Shown: one piece after another, positions 29,381 through 39,372 of the stretch | Layout: each line of letters starts with the position of its first letter | Numbering within the stretch: the first letter of the stretch is position 1 | Virus record (IMG/VR): IMGVR_UViG_3300008113_000126 | Strand: one strand, 5' to 3' | From: an uncultured virus (IMG/VR IMGVR_UViG_3300008113_000126) | Lineage: Duplodnaviria; Heunggongvirae; Uroviricota; Caudoviricetes | DNA length: 64,000 nucleotides | Made by a program: the position numbers and the translations under genes | Notes under the pieces: model-generated | The model's database searches: none | Told to the model about the DNA's origin: nothing | The model's input: the letters and a program-made list of their open reading frames with translations, nothing else

Positions 29381-32300
29381 GACTCTCGACGACTCAGTTG
29401 AACGTGACGGGGGATCGGGTGATTTTATTAACCTGTCCGGCGCTCAACCGGCGTTGGGACCTTCTCCTTCAACTAGTACTGGTTTTACATTAATTACTGA
29501 CGAGCTTTCTCGTACAAGATATGCTAGTAGTTTAGGAAATTTAGAATTTTCTACAGGTACAGTTCTTGCTCAGCCTGGCATTAATATTACACTTAAAGCT
29601 GATGTTAACGGAGTCATTTTTGTAGACTCGACTGCAACAATCTTCTTACAAGGACTCACGGTTCCAGATACTCAGCCAATTAATCATGGTGGTCGTCCTA
29701 GTTATCGCATTCCTAATTTTTATAGAGGACCTAATCCACCTGGTCCTTCAATCGCTAGAGAAGGCGATGTTTGGTATGATTACAATTCTGATGTAATGTA
29801 TGAATACACAAACGACAACACCCAATTAGTCTGGATTGATGTAACTGGACCATTCTTTTCAACAACTGTTGCTCAATTTGGTTTTACTGGTAGTAGTTCT
29901 GGATTTACTGGTTCGCAAGGCGCAAAAGGTGACCCGGGTATTCCAGGGGGATACACCGGTAGCAAAGGATATACAGGTAGTTTTGGCTACACAGGTAGTA
30001 GAGGTTATACAGGTAGTCAAGGATACACAGGTAGTTTTGGATATACAGGTAGCAAAGGGGATCAGGGTTATTACGGAAGTCAGGGTACTTCTGGATTTGC
30101 AGGTAGTCAAGGCCTTGACGGTTTTACTGGATCATTTGGCTACACAGGTAGTATTGGATATACTGGCAGTACCGGAGCAGGGTTTGTTGGTAGTACAGGC
30201 TACGATGGTAGTAGAGGATATACAGGTAGTGAAGGTCCTCAAGGCTATACAGGGAGCAAAGGATTTATTGGTAGCTTTGGTTACACTGGTAGTGCTGGTT
30301 ATTCAGGAAGTTTTGGTTCAACTGGTTTTACAGGTAGTCGAGGCGTAGAAGGATTTGTAGGCAGTCAAGGCTATACTGGTAGTCAAGGATATGTCGGTAG
30401 TCAAGGAATTCAAGGCTATACTGGCAGTCAAGGTGAATTAGGCTACGGCGGCTCTGCAGGTGATAAAGGTTTCACTGGTAGTAAAGGTTTCACTGGTAGC
30501 CTAGGCGGACCTGGTTATACAGGATCTATAGGATTTAGAGGCAGCATCGGTTTTGCAGGTAGCCAAGGACCAAAAGGAGATACTGGTTTTACTGGATCTG
30601 ACGGTTTCCAAGGTAGTGCGGGTTTTGCAGGTAGTATCGGTTTTACTGGCAGTCGTGGATTTGGAGGTAGCCAGGGTTTTGCTGGTTCTCAAGGTAATGA
30701 TGGATTTACAGGTAGCCAAGGTAACGTAGGCTATACTGGTAGTATTGGCTATGTAGGTAGTAAAGGTGAAAAAGGTTTTACTGGATCTCTGGGCTATGTT
30801 GGTAGCTTCGGTTACACTGGTAGTCGAGGCTATGTTGGTAGCTTCGGTTATACTGGTAGTGCTAGTGATATTCCCGGTTATAGCGGGTCAATGGGATACA
30901 CCGGATCTAGTTCAGGATTTACTGGCAGTCGTGGATTGGTAGGATTCGACGGTAGTCAGGGAGATATAGGCTATACTGGTAGTAGTTCTGGATTTACAGG
31001 TAGTAAAGGATTTATTGGTTCTGTAGGTTATACAGGTAGTCTTGGATTTACTGGATCTATCGGTATTGGATTTGCAGGCAGTTACGGATTTGTAGGTAGT
31101 GTTGGCTTTACTGGTAGTGCTGGCGCTGGATTTACTGGTAGTGCTGGCGGCCAGGGAGAAACCGGTTATCTAGGTAGTAGGGGATATACAGGTTTCCAAG
31201 GAAGTAAAGGCGATCAAGGTTATAGAGGTTCAGCAGGTTATGTCGGTAGTCAAGGCCGTCCAGGAGTTCAAGGTCCGGTAGGAGAAGTTGGATTTCAAGG
31301 ATCAGAAGGTTATTATGGTAGTGCTGGATATGCCGGTAGTAGAGGCGACTCTGGGTATGTAGGATCTGAAGGTTACTTTGGTAGTGCTGGATTTACAGGT
31401 AGCTCTGGCGAAGGTTTCCAAGGGTCTGCTGGTTATTACGGTAGTGCTGGATATTGGGGTAGTGCTGGTTATGTAGGTAGCCGAGGAGTTGGCGGCTATT
31501 GGGGTAGCACAGGCTATCAAGGTAGCGAAGGTGTGGGTTACCAAGGATCAGAAGGCTATCAAGGTAGTAAAGGTAGAGATGGATTTACTGGATCAGAAGG
31601 CGTAGGATACCGGGGTTCTGCTGGTTACCAAGGTAGCGAAGGTTATTACGGCAGTGCTGGATTTAGAGGTAGTGCTGGCTTCCTAGGTAGTGCTGGATAT
31701 GCCGGTAGTATTGGCGATGTAGGTTATAAAGGATCTACAGGTTATAGAGGAACAGAAGGATTCCGCGGCAGTGTAGGATTCCAAGGTAGCTCAGGTATTG
31801 GATATCAAGGATCTGAAGGATTTAGGGGCAGTACTGGTTATAGAGGAACAGAAGGATTCCGAGGTAGTACTGGATATTGGGGCAGTGCAGGATTCCAAGG
31901 TAGTTCAGGTGTAGGTTATAGAGGATCTGAAGGTTTCAAAGGTAGTATTGGATATTGGGGCAGCGCTGGATATATCGGAAGTGCTGGTTATTACGGCAGT
32001 GCTGGATATCGAGGATCCGAAGGTTACGTTGGTAGTCGCGGCCTAACAGGATATACTGGCTCACAAGTTGTAGGATACCGAGGTAGTGAAGGTTTCCAAG
32101 GTAGTATCGGTCCTATTGGTAGTATTGGTCCTGTTGGAAGTCGTGGTGCAGTAGGTTATAGAGGATCTGAAGGTTTCCAAGGTAGTATTGGACAAGTTGG
32201 TTATACAGGCTCAGCCGGTTATCTAGGTAGTAGAGGCGGCACTGGTTACATTGGTAGTCAAGGTATTCCTGGTTATCAAGGTAGCAGGGGAGTAGTAGGA

Positions 32301-33110
32301 TACCAAGGAAGTATAGGTGCAGTAGGCTATCGTGGAAGTATAGGTGGTGTAGGATTTCAAGGTAGTGCTGGTGCTATAGGACCAACTGGATTTACAGGTA
32401 GTATCGGTCCTATTGGTAGTATCGGTCCTATTGGTAGTATAGGTCGTGTAGGCTACCAAGGTTCCGCTGGTAATCTTGCAGGTGTTGGTAACAATAATGA
32501 AATTCTATATAAGAATAGTATAGGACTTCTTGCCACAAGTAGCAGACAAACCTTTGACGGTACTCAGACTAAACTTCATGATCTTAAAGTACAAAATGAT
32601 GGATCTGTTTCAACTGGTAGAGTATATCTAGGCAATTCAAATACAAAATATCTCGAGTTTAACGGCGCTAGTTATCAAATGCCAAACGCTGACCTGTATT
32701 TGTCTTCATCATCTAACGATGTATATGCAAGATATTTCCGAGGTACTGCAATACAGGCATTCTACGCTGACGTTGCTGAAAAATATCTAACAGATAAAGA
32801 ATATGCAGTTGGTACGTTAGTTAAAGTTGGAGGAGTATGTGAAGTAACAATGGTTACTGATAGTGATTGCTATGTATTAGGAGTTATTTCTGACAAACCA
32901 GCTATGCTAATGAACAGCCATGCAGAAGGGCAAGCAGTTGCTTTATTAGGGCGTGTTCCTGTTAAGATCATAGGCACAGTAAGAAAAGGTGATCCTATTT
33001 GGCCAGCAACAAACGGTTGTGGCAGTACAGTAAGCAACGGTAAAGAACCATTTGCGTTTGCACTTGCTGACGGCGAAAATAGTTTAGTTGAATGTATTGT
33101 AAGAAGATAA
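29373..33110 (+). CDS. Collagen-like fibre protein with C-terminal autoproteolytic chaperone-like (peptidase G2-type) domain
   Basis: ~860 aa of Gly-X-Y; C-terminal YADVAEKY...GVISDKPA.LMN...VALLGRVPVK; start at ATG 29373 (GGAG RBS). Confidence 0.8.
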   Translation: MLKTLDDSVERDGGSGDFINLSGAQPALGPSPSTSTGFTLITDELSRTRYASSLGNLEFSTGTVLAQPGINITLKADVNGVIFVDSTATIFLQGLTVPDTQPINHGGRPSYRIPNFYRGPNPPGPSIAREGDVWYDYNSDVMYEYTNDNTQLVWIDVTGPFFSTTVAQFGFTGSSSGFTGSQGAKGDPGIPGGYTGSKGYTGSFGYTGSRGYTGSQGYTGSFGYTGSKGDQGYYGSQGTSGFAGSQGLDGFTGSFGYTGSIGYTGSTGAGFVGSTGYDGSRGYTGSEGPQGYTGSKGFIGSFGYTGSAGYSGSFGSTGFTGSRGVEGFVGSQGYTGSQGYVGSQGIQGYTGSQGELGYGGSAGDKGFTGSKGFTGSLGGPGYTGSIGFRGSIGFAGSQGPKGDTGFTGSDGFQGSAGFAGSIGFTGSRGFGGSQGFAGSQGNDGFTGSQGNVGYTGSIGYVGSKGEKGFTGSLGYVGSFGYTGSRGYVGSFGYTGSASDIPGYSGSMGYTGSSSGFTGSRGLVGFDGSQGDIGYTGSSSGFTGSKGFIGSVGYTGSLGFTGSIGIGFAGSYGFVGSVGFTGSAGAGFTGSAGGQGETGYLGSRGYTGFQGSKGDQGYRGSAGYVGSQGRPGVQGPVGEVGFQGSEGYYGSAGYAGSRGDSGYVGSEGYFGSAGFTGSSGEGFQGSAGYYGSAGYWGSAGYVGSRGVGGYWGSTGYQGSEGVGYQGSEGYQGSKGRDGFTGSEGVGYRGSAGYQGSEGYYGSAGFRGSAGFLGSAGYAGSIGDVGYKGSTGYRGTEGFRGSVGFQGSSGIGYQGSEGFRGSTGYRGTEGFRGSTGYWGSAGFQGSSGVGYRGSEGFKGSIGYWGSAGYIGSAGYYGSAGYRGSEGYVGSRGLTGYTGSQVVGYRGSEGFQGSIGPIGSIGPVGSRGAVGYRGSEGFQGSIGQVGYTGSAGYLGSRGGTGYIGSQGIPGYQGSRGVVGYQGSIGAVGYRGSIGGVGFQGSAGAIGPTGFTGSIGPIGSIGPIGSIGRVGYQGSAGNLAGVGNNNEILYKNSIGLLATSSRQTFDGTQTKLHDLKVQNDGSVSTGRVYLGNSNTKYLEFNGASYQMPNADLYLSSSSNDVYARYFRGTAIQAFYADVAEKYLTDKEYAVGTLVKVGGVCEVTMVTDSDCYVLGVISDKPAMLMNSHAEGQAVALLGRVPVKIIGTVRKGDPIWPATNGCGSTVSNGKEPFAFALADGENSLVECIVRR
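29880..32470 (+). repeat. 18-nt-period coding repeat, G-(F/Y)-x-G-S-x
   Basis: Long run of degenerate GGn-TWY-nnn-GGT-AGT-nnn units. Confidence 0.9.
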
Positions 33111-33125
33111 TAGGAACATAAGAAC

Positions 33126-35936
33126 ATGTCATTTCCATTAACCCCAGCTAACGGCGATTTTGCAATAGTCAACGGCATCAAATATCAATATTATTTTGCA
33201 ACAAATAGTTGGCGGAGAGATTTTAATAACGTACTAGATAGATTATTTTTAGTCGGTTATAATCAGGCAACCAATACTGGAACAGGTGATCTTGTTGTAT
33301 TTGGTGGCGGCTCATTTGGTAAAAATCTATGGGTTGGAGAAGATCTACATGTTCTTGGTAATATCTACGGAAATCTTATCGGTCTAATTACAACTGCCAG
33401 CCTAGCTATTTCGGTAAAAGGCGGTGCTCCTGGATCTATTCTATATCAAACTAATACCTCTACTACTGGATTTGTTTCTATTGGTAATACTGGATCATTG
33501 TTGGTAAGCAACGGTGTTATTCCAATATGGACTACTACTGCGGCCATTAGCGTAAACTATGCTAATTCTGCAACTAACCTAGTAGGCGGCGGCCCGTGGC
33601 AAATTCCTTTCCAATCAAATACCGGAACAACTACATTTAATCCGTTATTTCAATACGATAATACCAAACTAATAATTTCTAATACTACAACTTCGGTAAA
33701 TTCGTCTACTGGAGCATTGGTTGTATTGGGCGGTGCGGGATTTGTTACCGACGTAAACATTGGACGAAATTTAACTGTTGGCGGAGACTTTACTGTTAAC
33801 GGAACAACTACATGGGTTAACTCTACAAATTTAGATGTAACTGATAAGAATATTACTATTGCTAAAGGTGCTACAACTGCAACTATGGCAGACGGTGCTG
33901 GATTAACTATTGAAGGCCCAACAGTTCCAGTTCAATGGGTTTACAACGCAGGAACAGATCGTTGGATATCCAATAGATTAGTTGAAATTCCTAGCGGATA
34001 TGTAAATTCTGGAGTGAATTCTACGGCAACAACAAATGGCGCCCTTGTTGTTCGAGGCGGCATTGGAGTAAGTGCCAATGTGGTTGCAGATGAATTCTTT
34101 GGAAGATTTACAGGACCAATCGGCCTTGCTACTAAAAATGGAGGAAACTTTACCGGATTATCAGCAAATGATATAGTTAATTTTACTTCTAATCAAAATG
34201 CAGTAAGCACAGCATCGGGTGCAGTAAGAATTGTAGGTGGAGTAGGTATTGGTCAAGATTTGTATGTTGGCGGACAAATCTACGGATATGTAACTACAGC
34301 AACTTTTGCAACAACCGCAGGAGTTGCAAATACCGCAACTACAGCAGACTATGCTACTACTGCATCATTTATTGGCGGCGGCCTTGCTGGCGAAATTCCT
34401 TATCAGTTTGCTCCGGGAATTACAACATTTTCTGCAAACCTTAAATTTATAAGTGCTTCTAACGAGTTTCAAACAGTAAACATTAAAGCAAATAAAATAA
34501 GAGTTGAAGTAACTAGCACGGCTTATACAGAAGGATTAGAGTTAATCAATACCAATACTCTAGGTAATAAATCTCCTTTGTTTAGGCTGTCTACTGCATC
34601 TAATAGTATTATTTTTGTAAATGATGCAAGCACTCTTAAAATTTACGATAATACTACTACTGATTCTTTATTTTCTCTTAACTCTACTTCTCTTACCATA
34701 GCTCCAAGAACATTAATTAATAACACTCTTACTGTACGTGGAGATATATTACCCAATTTCTTTGACGTATACGACATAGGCAAACAAGATAATGCTTGGA
34801 GAAATGTGTACGCTAATACCGCAACTATTGATTATGAAGTAAGAGTAGGAGATGTGTCAGTTGACAACTATAGTAGATTTATTCACTATAGAAATCCAAC
34901 AGGAAACTTTACTGTTTATGGTATACCTGTTGAATACGGCCAAGCAACAATTATTACTAACGAAGAATCTACTTGGAATCAAGCAATGGTTCTTGGAGAT
35001 ACCGGGTCATCTAGTGCAACACATAGTCTATTTGGTATAGCAACCGCAGACAATACACTCGGTGCATACACTACTCCGAGTACTGGATTAGAATCAACTT
35101 GGCAACAACGACTTATACTATTTGGAAATGGTATACTTAAAGTTCCAACTGGCGGAATTCAACTTAACGGTAATCTTACTCCGCTTACTAATAATTTGTA
35201 CGACATAGGTTTTTCAACAGCAACCTGGAGAAATTTATTTGTAAGTAGTGCTACCATTACAACTGCTAATATTACAACTGCTAATATTACAACTGCTACT
35301 GCTATTACATTAAGAAGTACAACTGCTACTATTACAACAGTTAATGCTACGTCTGCTACAGTTATTACACTAGAAAGTACAACTGCTACCATTACAAAAT
35401 TAACAAGTGAAATAGGGGCTGTTACTACACTAGAAAGTACAACTGCTACCATTACGACAGTTAATGCTACATCTGCCACCGTTACTACGATAGAAAGTAC
35501 AACTGCTACTATTACAACAGTTAATGCTACAACAGCTACAATTGACACAATCAATGCTAATATTGGTATAATTAAGACAAGTGTTAATAATGCTCAACTT
35601 AAAACTGCTTCAACTGGGACAGTTAATCATGATTTAGCTCTTGGTACAACATTCTTTCATGCATTAATAGCGGACAATTTTACTGCTAATTTTACAAATA
35701 TGCCAGCAATAGATTCAGGAACAGTTGTTGTAGATTTATACCTACAACAAGACGGAGTTAACAGTCGATTTGCATCTAATGTTACAATCAATGGCACAGC
35801 AGTTACAGGAGTAATTTTTGGATCTACTGCTCAACATGGAATATACACTACCGGAGTTCATCGTCAAAGAATTACACTTCTAATAAGTGGAGTCTCCAAA
35901 TACGCATTAATTGATTACGAAGCGTATCCGCCCTAA
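33126..35936 (+). CDS. Tail fibre-like protein
   Basis: MSFP..P.NG..(Y.Y....W) N-terminus; repeated S..TGAL.V.GG.G motifs; two P....YDIG....WRN modules; Thr-rich repeats. Confidence 0.75.
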   Translation: MSFPLTPANGDFAIVNGIKYQYYFATNSWRRDFNNVLDRLFLVGYNQATNTGTGDLVVFGGGSFGKNLWVGEDLHVLGNIYGNLIGLITTASLAISVKGGAPGSILYQTNTSTTGFVSIGNTGSLLVSNGVIPIWTTTAAISVNYANSATNLVGGGPWQIPFQSNTGTTTFNPLFQYDNTKLIISNTTTSVNSSTGALVVLGGAGFVTDVNIGRNLTVGGDFTVNGTTTWVNSTNLDVTDKNITIAKGATTATMADGAGLTIEGPTVPVQWVYNAGTDRWISNRLVEIPSGYVNSGVNSTATTNGALVVRGGIGVSANVVADEFFGRFTGPIGLATKNGGNFTGLSANDIVNFTSNQNAVSTASGAVRIVGGVGIGQDLYVGGQIYGYVTTATFATTAGVANTATTADYATTASFIGGGLAGEIPYQFAPGITTFSANLKFISASNEFQTVNIKANKIRVEVTSTAYTEGLELINTNTLGNKSPLFRLSTASNSIIFVNDASTLKIYDNTTTDSLFSLNSTSLTIAPRTLINNTLTVRGDILPNFFDVYDIGKQDNAWRNVYANTATIDYEVRVGDVSVDNYSRFIHYRNPTGNFTVYGIPVEYGQATIITNEESTWNQAMVLGDTGSSSATHSLFGIATADNTLGAYTTPSTGLESTWQQRLILFGNGILKVPTGGIQLNGNLTPLTNNLYDIGFSTATWRNLFVSSATITTANITTANITTATAITLRSTTATITTVNATSATVITLESTTATITKLTSEIGAVTTLESTTATITTVNATSATVTTIESTTATITTVNATTATIDTINANIGIIKTSVNNAQLKTASTGTVNHDLALGTTFFHALIADNFTANFTNMPAIDSGTVVVDLYLQQDGVNSRFASNVTINGTAVTGVIFGSTAQHGIYTTGVHRQRITLLISGVSKYALIDYEAYPP
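35250..35553 (+). repeat. 15-nt/5-aa tandem repeats (TANIT/TATIT/TLEST)
   Basis: ATTACAACTGCTAAT tandem copies and recurring AGTACAACTGCTACYATTAC blocks. Confidence 0.85.
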
Positions 35937-35939
35937 AAG

Positions 35940-35968
35940 TTGACGGGTTGGCATCAATTGTATATAAT
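35940..35968 (+). promoter_or_regulatory. Sigma70-type promoter for rmlC
   Basis: TTGACG-17 nt-TATAAT; ATG 35975 lies 6 nt downstream with no RBS. Confidence 0.75.
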
Positions 35969-35974
35969 TAATTG

Positions 35975-36544
35975 ATGCTAACAAATTTACCACTATCGGG
36001 CGCAAAAGTAATCTCTTCAAAAAAAATTAATGACAGCAGGGGTTGGTTTTTAGAAGCCTTCAAAGAAAACTGGCTTGAAGAATACGGAATTGATCATCGT
36101 CTAATATTTGATTGTTGTAGTTTTAACAAATATGCAGGGACTTTGCGAGGATTGCATTCACAACTAGGGGATAGTGTTCCTGGAAAATTACTTCGAGTAT
36201 TATCAGGAAGTGTGCAAGATGTGTTAGTAGATGCAAGAAAAGACAGTCCTACTTACGGACGGCATGTTACTCTTAATCTTTCTGCAGAAAACGCCGATAT
36301 TGTATATATTCCTCGAGGATTTTATCATGGGTTTCTTACATTAGAACCCAATACTCTTGTATATTATAAAGTCGATAGTTACTACGATCCTAAAACTGAC
36401 TGCGGTATAGCGTGGAACGATCCGACGCTTAATATAAATTGGGATTTAGATGCGCTTTCTTTTGATAGAGTAAAAAAAATTAATTTAACAATAAGCGATC
36501 GTGACCAAAAAAATCCTTCATGGGACGATTGCTATAAATTCTAA
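35975..36544 (+). CDS. rmlC: dTDP-4-dehydrorhamnose 3,5-epimerase family
   Basis: DSRGWFLE, GTLRGLH.Q, GSVQDVLVDARKDSPTYG, IPRGFYHGF, YKVD.YY, WNDP, S.RD motifs. Confidence 0.9.
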   Translation: MLTNLPLSGAKVISSKKINDSRGWFLEAFKENWLEEYGIDHRLIFDCCSFNKYAGTLRGLHSQLGDSVPGKLLRVLSGSVQDVLVDARKDSPTYGRHVTLNLSAENADIVYIPRGFYHGFLTLEPNTLVYYKVDSYYDPKTDCGIAWNDPTLNINWDLDALSFDRVKKINLTISDRDQKNPSWDDCYKF

Positions 36545-36545
36545 T

Positions 36546-37343
36546 ATGAACGTTTTAATTACTGGCGGCAATGGAACAATTGGCAAATTTTTAAAAGAAA
36601 CTCTTTCTTATAATATATTTGCACCGTCAAGGAACGAATTAGATCTTGCATCGGCTGATGCTGTTTCTAAATATTTTGACGAAAATAAAATAGATACTGT
36701 AATACATTGTGCTCTTACAGGAAGAAATGATTTGTTTAGTAAAGATCCTGCCTTTACAACTGATAGCTTATGGATGTTTAGAAATTTATGGAATAATCGA
36801 CATAAATTTAATAAGTTAATCAATCTCGGAACTGCTTATGAGTTAGACCTTGAGCAGAACAACGAGAACATTATTGAAACAGAATTTCTAAATCATCTAC
36901 CGTCAACTAGTTACGGATATGCTAAAAATATAATAACAAGAATAATCCATGAAACTGACAAGTTTTATAATTTACGATTGTTTGGAGTATTTCATGAACA
37001 TGAAGCAGATAATAGATTTTTTAAAAAATTATACCTTAATAAAGGCATAGAAATTAACAATGACATTTACCTAGACTACATTTACCTCGGTGATGTTGTT
37101 CCTGTCATTAATGAAATTATAGAAAATAAAGTTATATACAAAGACATAAACATGGTGTACTCTCACAAATTTAAATTAAGTGAACTAGCCAATGTATTTT
37201 GTATTATCAATAATATAGATCCGACTAATGTAGTAATATCTGGTTCTAAAGGAAATAATCTTACAGGTAACAGCTCTAGACTAGAAGCACTTAATTTAAG
37301 AATGCTGGGACTACGGCGAGCATTGGCTTTATATCAACGTTAA
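36546..37343 (+). CDS. NAD-dependent epimerase/reductase (extended SDR)
   Basis: VLITGGNGTIG, R.ELDL, VIHCA, YGYAK, LRLFGVF. Confidence 0.85.
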   Translation: MNVLITGGNGTIGKFLKETLSYNIFAPSRNELDLASADAVSKYFDENKIDTVIHCALTGRNDLFSKDPAFTTDSLWMFRNLWNNRHKFNKLINLGTAYELDLEQNNENIIETEFLNHLPSTSYGYAKNIITRIIHETDKFYNLRLFGVFHEHEADNRFFKKLYLNKGIEINNDIYLDYIYLGDVVPVINEIIENKVIYKDINMVYSHKFKLSELANVFCIINNIDPTNVVISGSKGNNLTGNSSRLEALNLRMLGLRRALALYQR

Positions 37344-37754
37344 AATTATTTCTAACTTATCTTTAATATATTTGTTGTTAAGACTAGACTTAACACCTTG
37401 ATGCAATGGTTTAGGAAATCCTTCGTAACTGCACCAAGCATACCCGGAATGCTCATTGTTGAGCTGTGGAATAAATTCGTTATCTATTAACAATACATAG
37501 GTATTGTAACTAAAATGTTGATCGTTACTTACGTATTGTTCCAACGGAATAACTTTTTTAATAACTGGAGTTTTTCCAACCTCTTCGTTTATTTCTCTAG
37601 TAAGGGTATCATACGGAGTAAGATCAATAGGTTCTTTTTTCCCTCCAACAAATCCCCAAGTACCAGCAGTTTTTCCCTTATCTCTTAACAAAAATAAGAA
37701 TCTTTTAGTACTTTTTGAAAGAAATAATCCTCCGCTACATGTGATTAATTTCAT
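37329..37754 (-). CDS. NUDIX hydrolase
   Basis: WGFVGGKKE.....TLTREINEEVG Nudix box; LN.EHSGYAW, PKPLH. Confidence 0.85.
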   Translation of the reverse strand: MKLITCSGGLFLSKSTKRFLFLLRDKGKTAGTWGFVGGKKEPIDLTPYDTLTREINEEVGKTPVIKKVIPLEQYVSNDQHFSYNTYVLLIDNEFIPQLNNEHSGYAWCSYEGFPKPLHQGVKSSLNNKYIKDKLEIILTLI

Positions 37755-39166
37755 AAAACTAACCGCCACGCTCCTGACTCATATATACCTTCAAAACTCT
37801 TTGACCACTGCCATGCACCGTTAGAATTATCCCATTTATATTGAATACCTGTATATGTATTATTCACATAGGTAACGGTTTTAGTATTTGCACTGTTGAA
37901 TAATACAGACCAAACTGCTCCGTCCCATTCAATAATATCGTTAGCATATGCTTGGAAATCTGTACCATCAAGATTTTTCCATGCCTCGGGTCCTGAATAT
38001 CCTGATATATTAAACAGTTCTGCATTTATATCTTCTAAAATAAGATACCTTGTGCCTGCAGGTTTATCTTTTGGATTTAACTTTCCTGGGTCTATAATTG
38101 CATCAACAGTTCCTCTTCCGCCTATAAGCGTGTTGAGCGGAACAGTGTCGGCGTCAAATGACAGAATCATTGAAAAATCGTCAAGGGGATTAAGACTGAT
38201 GTATGCAATTATTTCTGAATTATTTTCTTTTAACAATCGTATCTGACTCAAACCTGCTTTAAATTTTCCCGGGTATAAATCTAGGATAGTTAACCAATTT
38301 GCTTTAGATTGAAGATCGTTTGTTGAAGTTAACAGATTGTCTGTATTATGCGGAACTAACGATGCTGAGTTGTTTAACACAACTAACGAAAAGTTACCGG
38401 GAGTTACTACGCTTCTTCCTGCCGGAGTTTGGCCAACAAATAAATCAGCAAGCGCATCGTCTTTATAATCGTGTCTACTTTCAAGAGTTGCAATAGATTG
38501 ACTAATAAACACATTAGAAATAATTTTAGTAATAATGCCTAATTTTTTAATCTTTGCAGGAGGATTAATCCATATAGGGCAACTAAATTGTAAGTTACAT
38601 ATACTGATATCTGATTCTAACCCTTGCGGTATTGTTCTTGTTTCAAATGTTTGAGAAGTAAGTTCTACTACACTTAAACTAGACCAATCAATATAATTGT
38701 CTGTACTCTGTAATTCTAAACTAGGATTAAAAAATACAGTAATTTGTTCCCATAATTGTAATTTTTGATCAGTGTTGGTTGTCCATAAGTCTGCTGAGAA
38801 AGTAGCAAGATATGGAGTAGGCATAAGCCTTTCTACAGTGTAGTTGCCGCCTTGACCCCTACCGTAAATTTCAGTACTATCGTCAAAACTTCGTTCTCTA
38901 ATATTAACTTTACTTACAAACGTTGGATCCTGCACACGACTTCTATCATATTGTAAATCTTTAATGTAACAAGCAATAAAAGGAGCACTTTGTATAATGT
39001 TTTCACTATTTTTGTTTATGATTTGAGATACTTGTCGACTTACATCTCCATACCTTACAGGTACTTCAACTAGTTGACCTTTTGCATCCTTGTAACTAAA
39101 GTTACTCATTAATCTCATAAATTGTGTGAGGTATCGTTTAACCTGCCCGTCATAGAAATAATCCAT
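37751..39166 (-). CDS. Tail completion / sheath stabiliser gp15-like with C-terminal extension
   Basis: YFYD.Q.KRY..QF, VPVRYG, MPTPY, DQKLQLWEQI...FNP motifs. Confidence 0.8.
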   Translation of the reverse strand: MDYFYDGQVKRYLTQFMRLMSNFSYKDAKGQLVEVPVRYGDVSRQVSQIINKNSENIIQSAPFIACYIKDLQYDRSRVQDPTFVSKVNIRERSFDDSTEIYGRGQGGNYTVERLMPTPYLATFSADLWTTNTDQKLQLWEQITVFFNPSLELQSTDNYIDWSSLSVVELTSQTFETRTIPQGLESDISICNLQFSCPIWINPPAKIKKLGIITKIISNVFISQSIATLESRHDYKDDALADLFVGQTPAGRSVVTPGNFSLVVLNNSASLVPHNTDNLLTSTNDLQSKANWLTILDLYPGKFKAGLSQIRLLKENNSEIIAYISLNPLDDFSMILSFDADTVPLNTLIGGRGTVDAIIDPGKLNPKDKPAGTRYLILEDINAELFNISGYSGPEAWKNLDGTDFQAYANDIIEWDGAVWSVLFNSANTKTVTYVNNTYTGIQYKWDNSNGAWQWSKSFEGIYESGAWRLVL

Positions 39167-39372
39167 CAATTATCCTTTATAGGTTTTTCACCTGTTAGAT
39201 AAGGTAAGCTGAACCATAGTTGGAACCATGCCGGCGTGCCTGGTTTAATATTATATTTTTTCATAAGCTCGCCTTTTTCGTTACCAGTGATACTTATGTT
39301 ACTACCTTCGTAAGGCTGGTAGCCTTTGAATTCTGTTATTCCGGCAAGACGTTTTAATTCCGTTAGTTCCAT
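39166..39372 (-). CDS. Small hypothetical protein
   Basis: 68 aa; ELKRLAGI, IKPGTPAWF.LWF motifs; translationally coupled to both neighbours. Confidence 0.65.
   Translation of the reverse strand: MELTELKRLAGITEFKGYQPYEGSNISITGNEKGELMKKYNIKPGTPAWFQLWFSLPYLTGEKPIKDN

Noticed and set aside
29880..32470. Repeat array resembling CRISPR or a satellite
   Set aside because: Repeats are in-frame, vary at third codon positions and have no unique spacers; they are protein-coding
32700..35936. Diversity-generating retroelement target in the fibre genes
   Set aside because: No reverse transcriptase and no template/variable repeat pair seen in this window
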